Of a DNA stretch of 57,377 nucleotides, positions 28,297 to 37,825 are shown piece by piece; position 1 is the first letter of the stretch, and each line of letters opens with the position of its first letter. Origin of the DNA: Cyanobacteriota bacterium (GTDB taxonomy: Bacteria > Cyanobacteriota > Cyanobacteriia > Cyanobacteriales > Nostocaceae); contig JBJOKS010000029.1 of assembly GCA_046045965.1 (NCBI GenBank), positions 1-57,377 on the forward strand, read 5' to 3'. The position numbers and the translations under genes are program-made. The notes beneath the pieces are model-generated. The model worked only from the letters and a program-made list of their open reading frames with translations, ran no database searches and was not told the DNA's origin.

Positions 28297-28527
28297 TTAT
28301 TGTGATGGATGCTTGTAAACCCTAATTAGACTGCGAGCAGTATCTAAAGCTTGACCAAAAGAGGGACGTTCATCCTCTGAGGCATAAGACATACCGTTAA
28401 CAAAGCGATCATATTCATTAGTATAGATCGTTTCAAATTCCAGATATTGCAGCATGGTTTGTAAGCGTTGTTTTTGTGGAACTTCTGACAGATCCATTCT
28501 TTTAGCGCGTTGTGTATCTTGTTTCAA
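28297..28527 (-). pseudogene. Probable C-terminal fragment of an AbiEii-like nucleotidyltransferase toxin
   Basis: RLQTMLQYLE...EYDRFVNGMSYA....PSFGQAL resembles AbiEii-family C-termini (from recall). Weak TTG start next to a REP-like hairpin. Confidence 0.45.
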
Positions 28528-28534
28528 AACTCAA

Positions 28535-28563
28535 GTAGAGACACAGAATAGCTATGTCCCTAC
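28535..28563. repeat. REP-like palindrome GTAG-type
   Basis: GTAGAGACA-N11-TGTCCCTAC. Confidence 0.6.
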
Positions 28564-28612
28564 CCCTATTACATATTCCTGATAACTCAAAAAACAATCA
28601 AAAAACAAAATA

Positions 28613-28852
28613 TTACCAAGTTGGATCACTAAAAAGATGTATGGTTAACTCCTCGTTTCCTGGAGGAACAGGAGTAATACAAGCGCGGATCACTTCCCCG
28701 TCATCTAGTTCAACGGTGCAAGCGTGACAAGTTCCCATGAGACAACCAGTAGGAATTGATACCCCTGCCCGATCTGCTACATCTAACAAGGACTCTCCTA
28801 TTTCAGCTTTAACGGTGACATCATCTGGTAGAAAGCGGATATTAATAGTCAT
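28613..28852 (-). CDS. 2Fe-2S ferredoxin-like protein
   Basis: CLMGTCHAC...RAC cysteine pattern. Confidence 0.9.
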   Translation of the reverse strand: MTINIRFLPDDVTVKAEIGESLLDVADRAGVSIPTGCLMGTCHACTVELDDGEVIRACITPVPPGNEELTIHLFSDPTW

Positions 28853-28866
28853 TGGTCATTAATTAT

Positions 28867-30342
28867 CTAAGACAAAAAAGGCGTTAAATTTAAATGGGTT
28901 TCAATTTCAGTAGCTAAAGAATCTAAAATCTGCTCACGCTGATCTCGATAGTTAGCAACACCTGTAGGTAAAGATTTTAAACCTCTTTGTTGACGGAGAC
29001 GATTTAACCAAGCACGTCTCCAGGGACCGTTATCAAAAAGTCCATGCAAATAAGTACCCCAAACAGATTGACAATTATCTACTAACCCTAAATTAACATC
29101 GTCAAATAGAGGTTGACAGATGGCTTTATCTGTTGGTTGTTCCATGCGCGATCGCCCTTGGTGAATTTCAAACCCATTCACAGGTAAACCCATCTGGGGA
29201 TAATTAGAACTAACTTGACGCTGACGGGCTATTTTTTGTCCTGTAATCACTGTTTTAATAGGTAATAGATTTAACCCTTGAAATCTGCCAGCTTGACCCT
29301 CTACCCCTTCTGGATCAGCTACCATTTGTCCCAACATTTGGAAACCGCCACAGATGCCTAAAACTGTACCCCCAGAGGCTGCATAATTTTGAATTGCTTC
29401 TGCCATGCCAGTTTTTTGCAATAGGATCAAATCGGCAATTGTGGTTTTTGTGCCTGGAATAATTACAGCATCAGGATGTCCTAAATCTTGCTTAGGACTT
29501 AAATATTTTACGGAAACAGTAGGTTCTGACTCCAGTGGATCAAAGTCGGTAAAATTGGCAATTCTCGGTAAGCGGATCACAGCAATATTCAGTTCCGCTT
29601 GGGCTTTAAGGGGTTTACGTTCCAGTAAGTCTAGAGAGTCTTCTGCTGGAAATACTTGTTCTAGGTAAGGGATAACACCAACAACGGGTATACCAGTACG
29701 TTCTTCTAGCCATTTAATTCCTGGTTCGAGGATGGAACGCAGTCCCCGGAATTTGTTAATTACAACCCCTTTAATTAAGGCGCGTTCTTCTGGTTCTAAT
29801 AACTCTAAAGTTCCAACTACGTGAGCAAAAGCGCCTCCCCGGTCAATATCAACTACTAACAGAGTGGGTGCATTTAAATGTTTTGCTACCCTCATGTTAG
29901 TTAAATCTCGGTGCTTGAGGTTAATTTCTGCGGGACTACCAGCACCTTCACAAACGATTAAATCAAATTCTGTTTCTAACTGTTTGAGCGATTCTTGAAT
30001 TGTTCGCCAACCGATTTCAAAATACTGCTCGTAATAATCTGTAGCACTAACCTTACCTACAGGTTTACCTTTGAGGATGACTTGAGAAGTCATATCTCCT
30101 TGGGGTTTAAGTAAAATTGGGTTCATTTCCACTAATGGGGATACTCCCGCCGCCCAGGCTTGCACTGCTTGAGCGTAGCCTATTTCTCCACCAGTGGCGG
30201 TGACATAAGCATTTAAAGCCATATTTTGACCTTTAAAGGGAGCCACTCGCCAACCCCGCCGCGAGAGAATACGGCAAATAGCTGTGGTTATCAGTGATTT
30301 CCCCGCGTGGGATGTTGTTCCCACTACCATAATTGATTTCAT
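28867..30342 (-). CDS. cobQ: Cobyric acid synthase
   Basis: GTTSHAGKS, PFKGQNMALN, EGAGSPAEINL, GICGGFQMLG, GTYLHGLF. Start taken at MKSIMVV. Confidence 0.96.
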   Translation of the reverse strand: MKSIMVVGTTSHAGKSLITTAICRILSRRGWRVAPFKGQNMALNAYVTATGGEIGYAQAVQAWAAGVSPLVEMNPILLKPQGDMTSQVILKGKPVGKVSATDYYEQYFEIGWRTIQESLKQLETEFDLIVCEGAGSPAEINLKHRDLTNMRVAKHLNAPTLLVVDIDRGGAFAHVVGTLELLEPEERALIKGVVINKFRGLRSILEPGIKWLEERTGIPVVGVIPYLEQVFPAEDSLDLLERKPLKAQAELNIAVIRLPRIANFTDFDPLESEPTVSVKYLSPKQDLGHPDAVIIPGTKTTIADLILLQKTGMAEAIQNYAASGGTVLGICGGFQMLGQMVADPEGVEGQAGRFQGLNLLPIKTVITGQKIARQRQVSSNYPQMGLPVNGFEIHQGRSRMEQPTDKAICQPLFDDVNLGLVDNCQSVWGTYLHGLFDNGPWRRAWLNRLRQQRGLKSLPTGVANYRDQREQILDSLATEIETHLNLTPFLS

Positions 30343-30539
30343 AGAGTGACTTTTGTGTTTTCTGAGCGGTGCTGTCATTTCAGGGTTAAAGGCAGTATTC
30401 TGCCAATCTGCTCATCAAACTGTAAAAAGAGCAGATCAAAGGACTAGGCTAAAGATTATTGTTTTCTTAACCTCGTTTTCACTTTGACTTGCTTATCTGA
30501 AGTTGTCAATTTTTCGGAGATTTTTCGGGAATTTTTACT

Positions 30540-30944
30540 CTAAAATGGTAGTCGCAACCAACGAGTGATGGCATCATTCAAGCGATCGCCCCATGAGGGA
30601 CTAGGCAAGTTTGTATCTAGGAATTTTTCTACCAACTGATGACCAAGAGGTGTGAGGCGAAAACCGTCGGTTATTCCCTGTCCATCCACTTCTCTGCGTA
30701 GCACTCCCACTTCAATTAACCAATCAAAAGCGTTATCACAGGCTAATTCTGACAAAGGGCGTTTGGTATAACCTTGCTGGAAGCCTTTTTCTGTGGCGAT
30801 CGCACTTACTGAAACACTCTGGGTTCGCATAGCTTTCCATAAACTCAGTTGGAAAGGTGAACAGATCAGCGATCGCTCGGCTCTTAAGAGTGTTGTCTGG
30901 CTATATACAAAGGGTTTGAGGTTTGAGGAATCTACTGTAGGCAT
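30540..30944 (-). CDS. Npun_F0494-family conserved cyanobacterial protein
   Basis: WLIEVGVLRREVDGQGITDGFRLTPLG signature. Confidence 0.8.
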   Translation of the reverse strand: MPTVDSSNLKPFVYSQTTLLRAERSLICSPFQLSLWKAMRTQSVSVSAIATEKGFQQGYTKRPLSELACDNAFDWLIEVGVLRREVDGQGITDGFRLTPLGHQLVEKFLDTNLPSPSWGDRLNDAITRWLRLPF

Positions 30945-31114
30945 AGGTTAGGACTGGGGAATGGGGAGATGGGGAATGGGGAGATGGGGAGATGGGGAGA
31001 AAAATCAATTCTGACTTCTTGAAATCCTGACTCCTTGATCTCCTCTTCGCTATTTATTGTAAAGTATTGTAAAATCTCAAGAGCATCAACAGTCTTAAAC
31101 AGGAAAGGTTAATT

Positions 31115-31552
31115 ATGCCACTAGCAGTTGGTACGGATGCACCTGCATTTACCGCCAAAGATACAAACGGCAACACAGTATCATTATCTGATTTTGCTGG
31201 TAAGACAGTAGTTCTTTATTTTTACCCCAAAGATGATACTCCAGGTTGTACCAAACAAGCTTGTAGTTTTCGGGATGCCAAAGACGAATATCAAAATAAA
31301 GATGTTGTAGTTTTGGGAGTCAGTGCTGATGATGAAGCTGCCCATAAAGCATTTACAGCAAAATATAATCTCAATTTTCCCCTATTGGCTGATACCGACA
31401 AAGCCCTAATTACAGCTTTTGATGTTGACGGTGGTGGTTATGCCAAGCGCGTTACCTATGTCATCGATCCCAGCGGTAAAATCGTTCATGTTGATACTGC
31501 TGTGAGTACAGCTACCCACGCTAGTGATGTTTTAGCAGCACTAGGACTGTAG
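31115..31552 (+). CDS. Peroxiredoxin (BCP/PrxQ family)
   Basis: YFYPKDDTPGCTKQAC. Confidence 0.93.
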   Translation: MPLAVGTDAPAFTAKDTNGNTVSLSDFAGKTVVLYFYPKDDTPGCTKQACSFRDAKDEYQNKDVVVLGVSADDEAAHKAFTAKYNLNFPLLADTDKALITAFDVDGGGYAKRVTYVIDPSGKIVHVDTAVSTATHASDVLAALGL

Positions 31553-31620
31553 TAGGGAATAGGACAGTGGGTATTGGGTATTATTCCCCTCTGTCCTTCC
31601 AGTGGCTAGTCCTTGATAGT

Positions 31621-32040
31621 TTAGTTCCCTGTAGGGGTGGCTGATGGGAGTTTAATTTCTAGGGGAATATTTCCTAGAGGTTGACTCCCTGGTACACTTG
31701 GGTCTGACTGCGGATTTTGACCTTGCAACTGTTGGTTTTGTTTTCGTTTAAACTCTTCTGCTTCTGTGTCTAAACCAGTATTTCCTAAATTCCCAGGCTT
31801 TAAGTTAGCGCAATGAATTACATTAAACAAACTAAAAGAGCCGTCTGAACCCCCAAAACAAGGATCGGTATTTGTTGAATCAAAGCCTGGTCTGTTATCA
31901 ACTTGACTCAAATCAGCCAAGCTAGGTTGTGCTACTAGGAAAGAAGCAAAGCTAATTCCCGCGAAAGTAGCAACTAATATTTTGTGAACTGGTAAAAATG
32001 GTCTTTTCATGAGATTTCCCCTCACATTGTGTTTATTCAA
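31621..32040 (-). CDS. Hypothetical exported protein
   Basis: Signal peptide ending PSLA. Likely start at 32010. Confidence 0.65.
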   Translation of the reverse strand: MNKHNVRGNLMKRPFLPVHKILVATFAGISFASFLVAQPSLADLSQVDNRPGFDSTNTDPCFGGSDGSFSLFNVIHCANLKPGNLGNTGLDTEAEEFKRKQNQQLQGQNPQSDPSVPGSQPLGNIPLEIKLPSATPTGN

Positions 32041-32052
32041 TGATGCTTATAT

Positions 32053-32925
32053 TTAAGCAAGTGTCTTGCGTAATTGGGGTTGAATGCTGAGTAAAGCTAC
32101 TACAGCAAATCCCACTAATACTAATAATGCACCGCCAAAGGTAACATCACCCCAAAAAGCGTGCATGACAACATCATTTAATCCCCAGGTGCTGTGCAGA
32201 TACAAATAGCGAATTGGTTCAATTGCATAGCTGAGGGGGTTGAGGGTAGCGACAACCTGCAACCATCCTGGCATAAAGGATAATGGTGCTAAGGCTGTGC
32301 TGGCGAAGAGTAAAGGCAGGTTAGTGACAAAAATTACCGCAATTAATTCAATGTGTCCTGGTAATGCAAAGGCTAAACCCAGGGAAATAGCTGTGACACC
32401 TAAAGCCAGAAGAAAGACAATGAGAGCGATCGCACTCAAACCCGCCGCATCAGGTAAACCAGCCCCTAAAAACGCCGCTGCACCCACAATTACAGCCGCT
32501 TGTAGTAAACTTTGGCTGATGATAAATATGGCTGAAGCAAAGACTATTGAGAACCGAGAAGCTAAAGGTGCTACCAGTAAGCGGTTTAAAAAGCCAAATT
32601 CCCGGTCAAACATTACAGGTAAACCGGCGTTCAACGCCCCTGCAAAAGCGGTAAAGACAATTACACCAGCAGCTAGAAATTGTCCGTAATTTGTCGTACT
32701 TCCAAATAACCCCTTGGGAGCGTTTTGGAATAATGCACCAAACAACACCAACCACATTACAGGTTGAATAATTCCTGCTGCTAAACTAGAAGGACGGCGT
32801 TGTAATTGGATGAATAGACGACGGGTTAAAGCTAGGGTTTCTTGGACTATTTCACCAAAGAAACTGGGTGTGGTTTCTGTGACTGTGGGTGAGGTTAGTT
32901 GCTGGAAATTGATATCTGTCTTCAT
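32053..32925 (-). CDS. ABC-2 type transporter permease
   Basis: DREFGFLNRLLVAP, LNPLSYAIE, six TM helices. Confidence 0.92.
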   Translation of the reverse strand: MKTDINFQQLTSPTVTETTPSFFGEIVQETLALTRRLFIQLQRRPSSLAAGIIQPVMWLVLFGALFQNAPKGLFGSTTNYGQFLAAGVIVFTAFAGALNAGLPVMFDREFGFLNRLLVAPLASRFSIVFASAIFIISQSLLQAAVIVGAAAFLGAGLPDAAGLSAIALIVFLLALGVTAISLGLAFALPGHIELIAVIFVTNLPLLFASTALAPLSFMPGWLQVVATLNPLSYAIEPIRYLYLHSTWGLNDVVMHAFWGDVTFGGALLVLVGFAVVALLSIQPQLRKTLA

Positions 32926-33062
32926 AGCATTTTTAACATTAGATATACAGGGTGTAAAATTAAAGAATCTGAATTATAAACACTTCTGTATTTGGTACTC
33001 TGCCCATGAGAGCAAGAAAGTTTATAATTCTTAATATCACATTATATCAAAAAATGATTGAG

Positions 33063-33115
33063 AAATTGATTAGGATTTAATTACAATCCATTTTTAATAA
33101 CCAGGAGAAGTAAAG
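33063..33115 (+). repeat. Copy 1 of a duplicated ~50-bp leader/RBS unit
   Basis: AAATTGATTAGGATTTAATTACA is identical to 33680-33702. The next 26 nt match 18/26, including CAGGA. Confidence 0.8.
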
Positions 33116-33189
33116 ATTCCCAGAAGTGCGGGTTCAAAAAATGAAAACAAGGACATTGAGAATTTTACACAAAATTGGGAGAATAGCAG

Positions 33190-33651
33190 ATGATGTCTAA
33201 ATTACTAACTCAAAATCTTTATGAACAAGATTATCATTTATGGCTAGAAACGACATTACAACAATTAGAAGCAAGAGATTTAGAAAATTTAGATTGGGAA
33301 CATTTAATAGAGGAGATCGAAGCATTGGGAAATGAGCAGAAGCGGAAGTTAGAAAGCTATTTATTGCAACTTCTCAAACACTTATTACTATATCAATATT
33401 GGAGTGTTCCTGACTGTCAAAATCATTGGGAATTAGAAATTGATAATTTTCGGGTTGAAGTGAGAAAATTAACTAAATCAAAAAATCTCTATAATTATAT
33501 GTTAACAGTGTTAGGAGAAGTTTATACTGATGCTCGCAGACAAGCAAAAAAGAAAAGTGGTTTAAATGATTTTCCTGAACAATTTCCTTACAGTGTTGAG
33601 CAAATTTTAAATGTAGATTATTTACCACAATTTGCTTACAAAACAGAATAA
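33190..33651 (+). CDS. DUF29 family protein
   Basis: LYEQDYHLW...LDWEHLIEEIEALG...LLKHLL...FPEQFPYS.EQIL. Confidence 0.92.
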   Translation: MMSKLLTQNLYEQDYHLWLETTLQQLEARDLENLDWEHLIEEIEALGNEQKRKLESYLLQLLKHLLLYQYWSVPDCQNHWELEIDNFRVEVRKLTKSKNLYNYMLTVLGEVYTDARRQAKKKSGLNDFPEQFPYSVEQILNVDYLPQFAYKTE

Positions 33652-33679
33652 GGGTAAATGGTGAAGATTGAAAAATCAC

Positions 33680-33732
33680 AAATTGATTAGGATTTAATTA
33701 CAGTTCATTGTCAACAAACAGGATAAATTATG
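33680..33732 (+). repeat. Copy 2 of the duplicated leader/RBS unit
   Basis: See copy 1. Ends at the antitoxin ATG (33730). Confidence 0.8.
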
Positions 33733-33996
33733 AATATCCAACTTAAACCAGAACATGAGAAATTTATTCAAGATCAGATTGCTAGTGGCAGATTTAGTAA
33801 TTCTGAAGAAGTTATTGATATAGCATTTCAACTTTTAGAAAAATTGAATGTTGAATATCAACAATGGATAGAAGAAACTCGGCAAAAAATTGATGTAGCA
33901 ATGGCAGAAATTGAAAGAGGAGAAGGTTTAGATGGTGAAACTGTGGTGATGAATATATTAGAAAGATTTCAGAAAGATCGTGAGTCACAGCAATGA
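33730..33996 (+). CDS. ParD-like (RHH) antitoxin
   Basis: MNIQLKPEHEKFIQDQIASGRFSNSEEVI..A. ATGA overlap with the toxin. Confidence 0.88.
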   Translation: MNIQLKPEHEKFIQDQIASGRFSNSEEVIDIAFQLLEKLNVEYQQWIEETRQKIDVAMAEIERGEGLDGETVVMNILERFQKDRESQQ

Positions 33997-34301
33997 ATCA
34001 ATATATAATTGCACCATCAGCAAGTCGTGATTTAGATGAAATTGCTGATTATTTTTTCAGTTGCAATATTGAAGCTGGTGAAAGATTGTTTCGTGAATTT
34101 AATAGCAAGTGTCAAAAGTTAGTTAAATTCCCCTATATGGGAAGAAGTTATGATCATCTTAGACCTTTAGTTCGTGGTTTACCATTGGATGAATATATTA
34201 TTTTTTATCGCATAATTGATAATGGGGTGAAAATTCTGCGAGTTGTTAATGGTCGTCAAGATTTAGAATCTTTATTAGCAGATGTGGATAATGATGAATA
34301 A
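33993..34301 (+). CDS. RelE/ParE family toxin
   Basis: ASRDLDEIADY...L.KFPYMGR...YIIFYR...ILRVV.GRQDL. Confidence 0.9.
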   Translation: MNQYIIAPSASRDLDEIADYFFSCNIEAGERLFREFNSKCQKLVKFPYMGRSYDHLRPLVRGLPLDEYIIFYRIIDNGVKILRVVNGRQDLESLLADVDNDE

Positions 34302-34381
34302 GCAATTATTTAGGTAATTGGTAATTAGCAATTATTCCCAATCACTAATCACTAATCACCAATCACCCATCACCAATTATC

Positions 34382-35401
34382 CTATCTCATATTTTGCTTT
34401 TTCTCCGCTTTCGGATCACGATTTGCTGCTGCTGCTAATTCTGCATCCATCAAAGTTTTTCCAGTTGCAGCTAAATAAACATCATCTAAACTAGGACGAG
34501 ATTGGGCAATCCCAAAAATAGGTAAACCTGCATTATTTAACGCTTGTTGAATAGAAATTAAAGCGTCATTTTGGGGAGTAACTACCAAATTTAACGAGTT
34601 ACCTTGAGCAGAATTAATGATGATTTCTTGCACAAAAGGTAATGCTGATAAAAGATTTTTGGCTTTGTCTGCTTCTTCATTGGGTGAAAATTCGCGGATG
34701 CGTAAAGTAATGCGATCGCCACCTACTTGATCTTTTAATTGAGAAGGTGTACCGGTTGCAATTACCAAACCCCGATCTATAATTGCCACACGATCAGCTA
34801 AAGCATCAACTTCTTCTAAATAATGACTGGTAATAACCACCGTAGTACCAGCAGCGCGTAATTTTCGCAAAAATTCCCACACCACAAACCGACTTTCAAT
34901 ATCTAAACCTACAGTGGGTTCATCTAATACCAGAACATCAGGAGAATGTAACAAACCTGCGGCCAAGTCTAAACGCTTCTTTAAACCACCGGAATAAGTT
35001 CCAGTTTTTTTATCTGCGTATTCCTGCAAACCCAATAAATCTAAAACTGTGTTAATGCGTTCTTTTATCACTTTACCGGGAAGGTGATAAAGTGCTGCTT
35101 GCAGTTGTAGCAGTTCTCGACCGGTTAAAACCTTATCTAAAGCTACCTCCTGAGCGACATAACCCAGCTTTTGACGTGCTAATTTAGGGTTATCTAAAAC
35201 TGAAACTCCCGAAACTTCGATTTTTCCAGAGTCGGGGGTGGTAAGGGTACACAAAGCGCGGAGAGTGGTGGTTTTCCCAGCACCGTTGGGACCGAGTAAC
35301 CCGAATATTTCTCCTGGTTTCACCTGAAAGGAGACATCTTTAACAGCGACTACAGAACCGTAGCTTTTTTTTAGATTTTCGATTAAAACTGCTGAGGCCA
35401 T
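34382..35401 (-). CDS. ABC transporter ATP-binding protein (DrrA-like)
   Basis: GPNGAGKTT, YSGG, LDEPT, SHYLEE. Confidence 0.94.
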   Translation of the reverse strand: MASAVLIENLKKSYGSVVAVKDVSFQVKPGEIFGLLGPNGAGKTTTLRALCTLTTPDSGKIEVSGVSVLDNPKLARQKLGYVAQEVALDKVLTGRELLQLQAALYHLPGKVIKERINTVLDLLGLQEYADKKTGTYSGGLKKRLDLAAGLLHSPDVLVLDEPTVGLDIESRFVVWEFLRKLRAAGTTVVITSHYLEEVDALADRVAIIDRGLVIATGTPSQLKDQVGGDRITLRIREFSPNEEADKAKNLLSALPFVQEIIINSAQGNSLNLVVTPQNDALISIQQALNNAGLPIFGIAQSRPSLDDVYLAATGKTLMDAELAAAANRDPKAEKKQNMR

Positions 35402-35663
35402 GACAGCTATAAATCCTAACTATACATTTCGCAACAATCTATCTCTTATTGTACGAGTTGGGGGTCAGGTGTGATGAGTTCGGTTCTACAATTATGGAAA
35501 AATCTCTGGTGAGTGTGGGAAGATGAAGAAACCACAGAGTCACAGAGGACACAGAGAGGTTAGGTAATTGGTAATGGGTAGTTGGTATTTGGGAAAAGGT
35601 AAAAGTTTATGAATCAGCCTATTTTACAGTTTATTGAAAATAAGAATTATAAGAATTTGTCTT

Positions 35664-35841
35664 TTTGTCAGAATCAGGATGTCCAGGATTTGAGGATGTA
35701 CAGGATGTTGTTGGATGATTTATAGTGGCGAATTGGGTATTTTTAAGATGCTGTTGAATGATAGTTTTTGAATGATGAGAAAATATCTCTAAATTACTAT
35801 CCTGTTAATCCTTTAATCCTGGTTATCCTGATTCTGACAAA
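35664..35841. mobile_element. MITE-like element with long terminal inverted repeats
   Basis: TTTGTCAGAATCAGGAT...ATCCTGATTCTGACAAA is a perfect 17-bp inverted repeat, extending imperfectly to ~43 bp with AGGAT sub-repeats. Confidence 0.7.
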
Positions 35842-35934
35842 TACAATTTTCATCTGAAGAAGGCATACAAGCCAGAGGATCATAATCTAACATGATAGAT
35901 TTCACTGGTCTTTGAATATTTTGATTATATGAGA

Positions 35935-36045
35935 TTGGTGACTGGTGACTGGTGACTGGTGACTGGTGACTGGGAAAAGACAAATAATTTCTCCCCATCT
36001 CCCCACCTCCCCACCTCCCCATCACCCCAGCCCCATGCCCCGTGA
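35935..36045. repeat. STRR arrays (TGGTGAC)n and (CTCCCCA)-type
   Basis: Tandem repeats read directly. Confidence 0.8.
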
Positions 36046-36104
36046 CTCCCCAAATATGGCAAAATAGGAAGTTGTAATAAGAAAAATATTGTTAAGGTAA
36101 TTTA

Positions 36105-37223
36105 GTGACTCCAACTGCTCAAACTACAGCAAGTGCGCGTCGTGCGGTCTTTCCGTTTACTGCTATTGTCGGCCAGGAAGAAATGAAACTGGCTCTGCTG
36201 TTAAATGTGATTGATCCCAAAATTGGTGGTGTAATGATCATGGGCGATCGCGGCACCGGCAAATCTACAACTATCCGTGCTTTGGCTGACCTGTTGCCAG
36301 AGATACCCGTAGTTGCCAATGACCCCTTCAACAGTGACCCCAACGACCCGGACTTGATGAGCGATGAAGTCCGTCAGTTAGCTGCTCAAGGGGCTGAAAT
36401 TCCCATAGCTCACAAAAAAGTCATCATGGTAGATTTACCATTGGGCGCAACAGAAGACCGGGTTTGCGGTACGATTGACATCGAAAAGGCTTTGTCTGAA
36501 GGTGTGAAGGCTTTTGAACCAGGACTGCTGGCTAAAGCAAACCGGGGTATTCTCTACGTTGATGAGGTCAATTTGTTAGATGACCACTTGGTAGACGTAC
36601 TCCTGGACTCTGCTGCTAGTGGTTGGAACACCGTAGAACGGGAAGGTATTTCTATCCGTCACCCAGCGCGGTTTGTTCTGGTTGGTTCAGGAAACCCAGA
36701 AGAAGGTGAACTGCGTCCCCAGTTACTTGACCGTTTTGGAATGCACGCAGAAATTCACACGGTGAAAGAACCGGCTTTGCGGGTGCAAATTGTGGAACAA
36801 CGCTCAGAATTTGACCAAAACCCCCCAGATTTTCTGGAAAATTACAAATCTGAACAAGAAGCACTACAGGAGAAAATTGTCAAGGCTCAAGAATTATTAC
36901 CCCAAGTTAACCTTGATTATGATCTGCGGGTGAAAATTTCTGAGGTTTGTTCAGAGTTAGATGTGGATGGTTTGCGGGGTGATATTGTTACTAACCGTGC
37001 TGCTAAAGCTTTAACTGCTTTTGAAGGAAGGACAGAAGTTACTGTTGATGATATTCGGCGGGTAATTACTTTATGTCTGCGTCACCGTCTGCGGAAAGAT
37101 CCTTTAGAATCTATTGATTCTGGGTATAAAGTAGAAAAAGCTTTTGCTCGTGTTTTTGGTGTGGAATTAGAAGATGATGCTGCACAGAAAAACGGTTCAG
37201 GGATGAAAGCTGGGGTGCGATAG
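36105..37223 (+). CDS. chlI: Magnesium chelatase subunit I
   Basis: [44 protein letters not shown] start. Confidence 0.97.
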   Translation: MTPTAQTTASARRAVFPFTAIVGQEEMKLALLLNVIDPKIGGVMIMGDRGTGKSTTIRALADLLPEIPVVANDPFNSDPNDPDLMSDEVRQLAAQGAEIPIAHKKVIMVDLPLGATEDRVCGTIDIEKALSEGVKAFEPGLLAKANRGILYVDEVNLLDDHLVDVLLDSAASGWNTVEREGISIRHPARFVLVGSGNPEEGELRPQLLDRFGMHAEIHTVKEPALRVQIVEQRSEFDQNPPDFLENYKSEQEALQEKIVKAQELLPQVNLDYDLRVKISEVCSELDVDGLRGDIVTNRAAKALTAFEGRTEVTVDDIRRVITLCLRHRLRKDPLESIDSGYKVEKAFARVFGVELEDDAAQKNGSGMKAGVR

Positions 37224-37315
37224 TTTTTAAGGTGACAGGTGACAGGTGAGAGGTGACAGTTGTTACCAATCACCAATCACTAATGACTAATAACTAATGA
37301 CTAAATAACTATATT

Positions 37316-37636
37316 ATGAGATTGTGGAATTTTTGGGTAAATACACTGATTTTATCTAGTCAATATAATCCACCGCGATTTATTGAATTATTGATGTTGA
37401 CGCTGGCGATCGCTATGCTAATAATTGCGACGATTGTACCAGAAAAACCTTATTTAGTGTTGGGTTTGAGCTTTGTACTGGGGGCATCTATTTCTATTTT
37501 AGTCCGGGAAGGGATGTCTACCACGGATCACATTCAGCCACCTTTTTACCAAAGACTGATTACCCAATTGACAGCATTACTTTTACTCGGTATTAGTATT
37601 TATGGTTTTTTAGATTTAATTCGGTCTTTGTCATAG
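37316..37636 (+). CDS. Hypothetical membrane protein
   Basis: 106 aa with three hydrophobic segments. Confidence 0.65.
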   Translation: MRLWNFWVNTLILSSQYNPPRFIELLMLTLAIAMLIIATIVPEKPYLVLGLSFVLGASISILVREGMSTTDHIQPPFYQRLITQLTALLLLGISIYGFLDLIRSLS

Positions 37637-37691
37637 GTGACAGGTAACAGGTAACATTTAAGAGTTTTTCCTAATTATGAATTATGAATTA

Positions 37692-37786
37692 CAGCAGATT
37701 GCAGATCAATGAAGTACAGAACCTAAATTGAAACCTATACACATTAGCCTGTTTTACTCCTGACTCCTGACTCCTGACTCCTGCTG
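37692..37786. mobile_element. 95-bp MITE with CAGCAG/CTGCTG ends and TA target duplication
   Basis: TA-CAGCAG...CTGCTG-TA. Removing it restores a perfect (AATTATG)3 array. Confidence 0.7.
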
Positions 37787-37825
37787 TATGAATTACAAAT
37801 AGTGCTGATTTGCAAAATTTGAGTT

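Noticed and set aside
30343..30539. Possible cobalamin riboswitch upstream of cobQ
   Set aside because: Two hairpins are present but I could not find the conserved B12-box elements. An Rfam scan would settle it.
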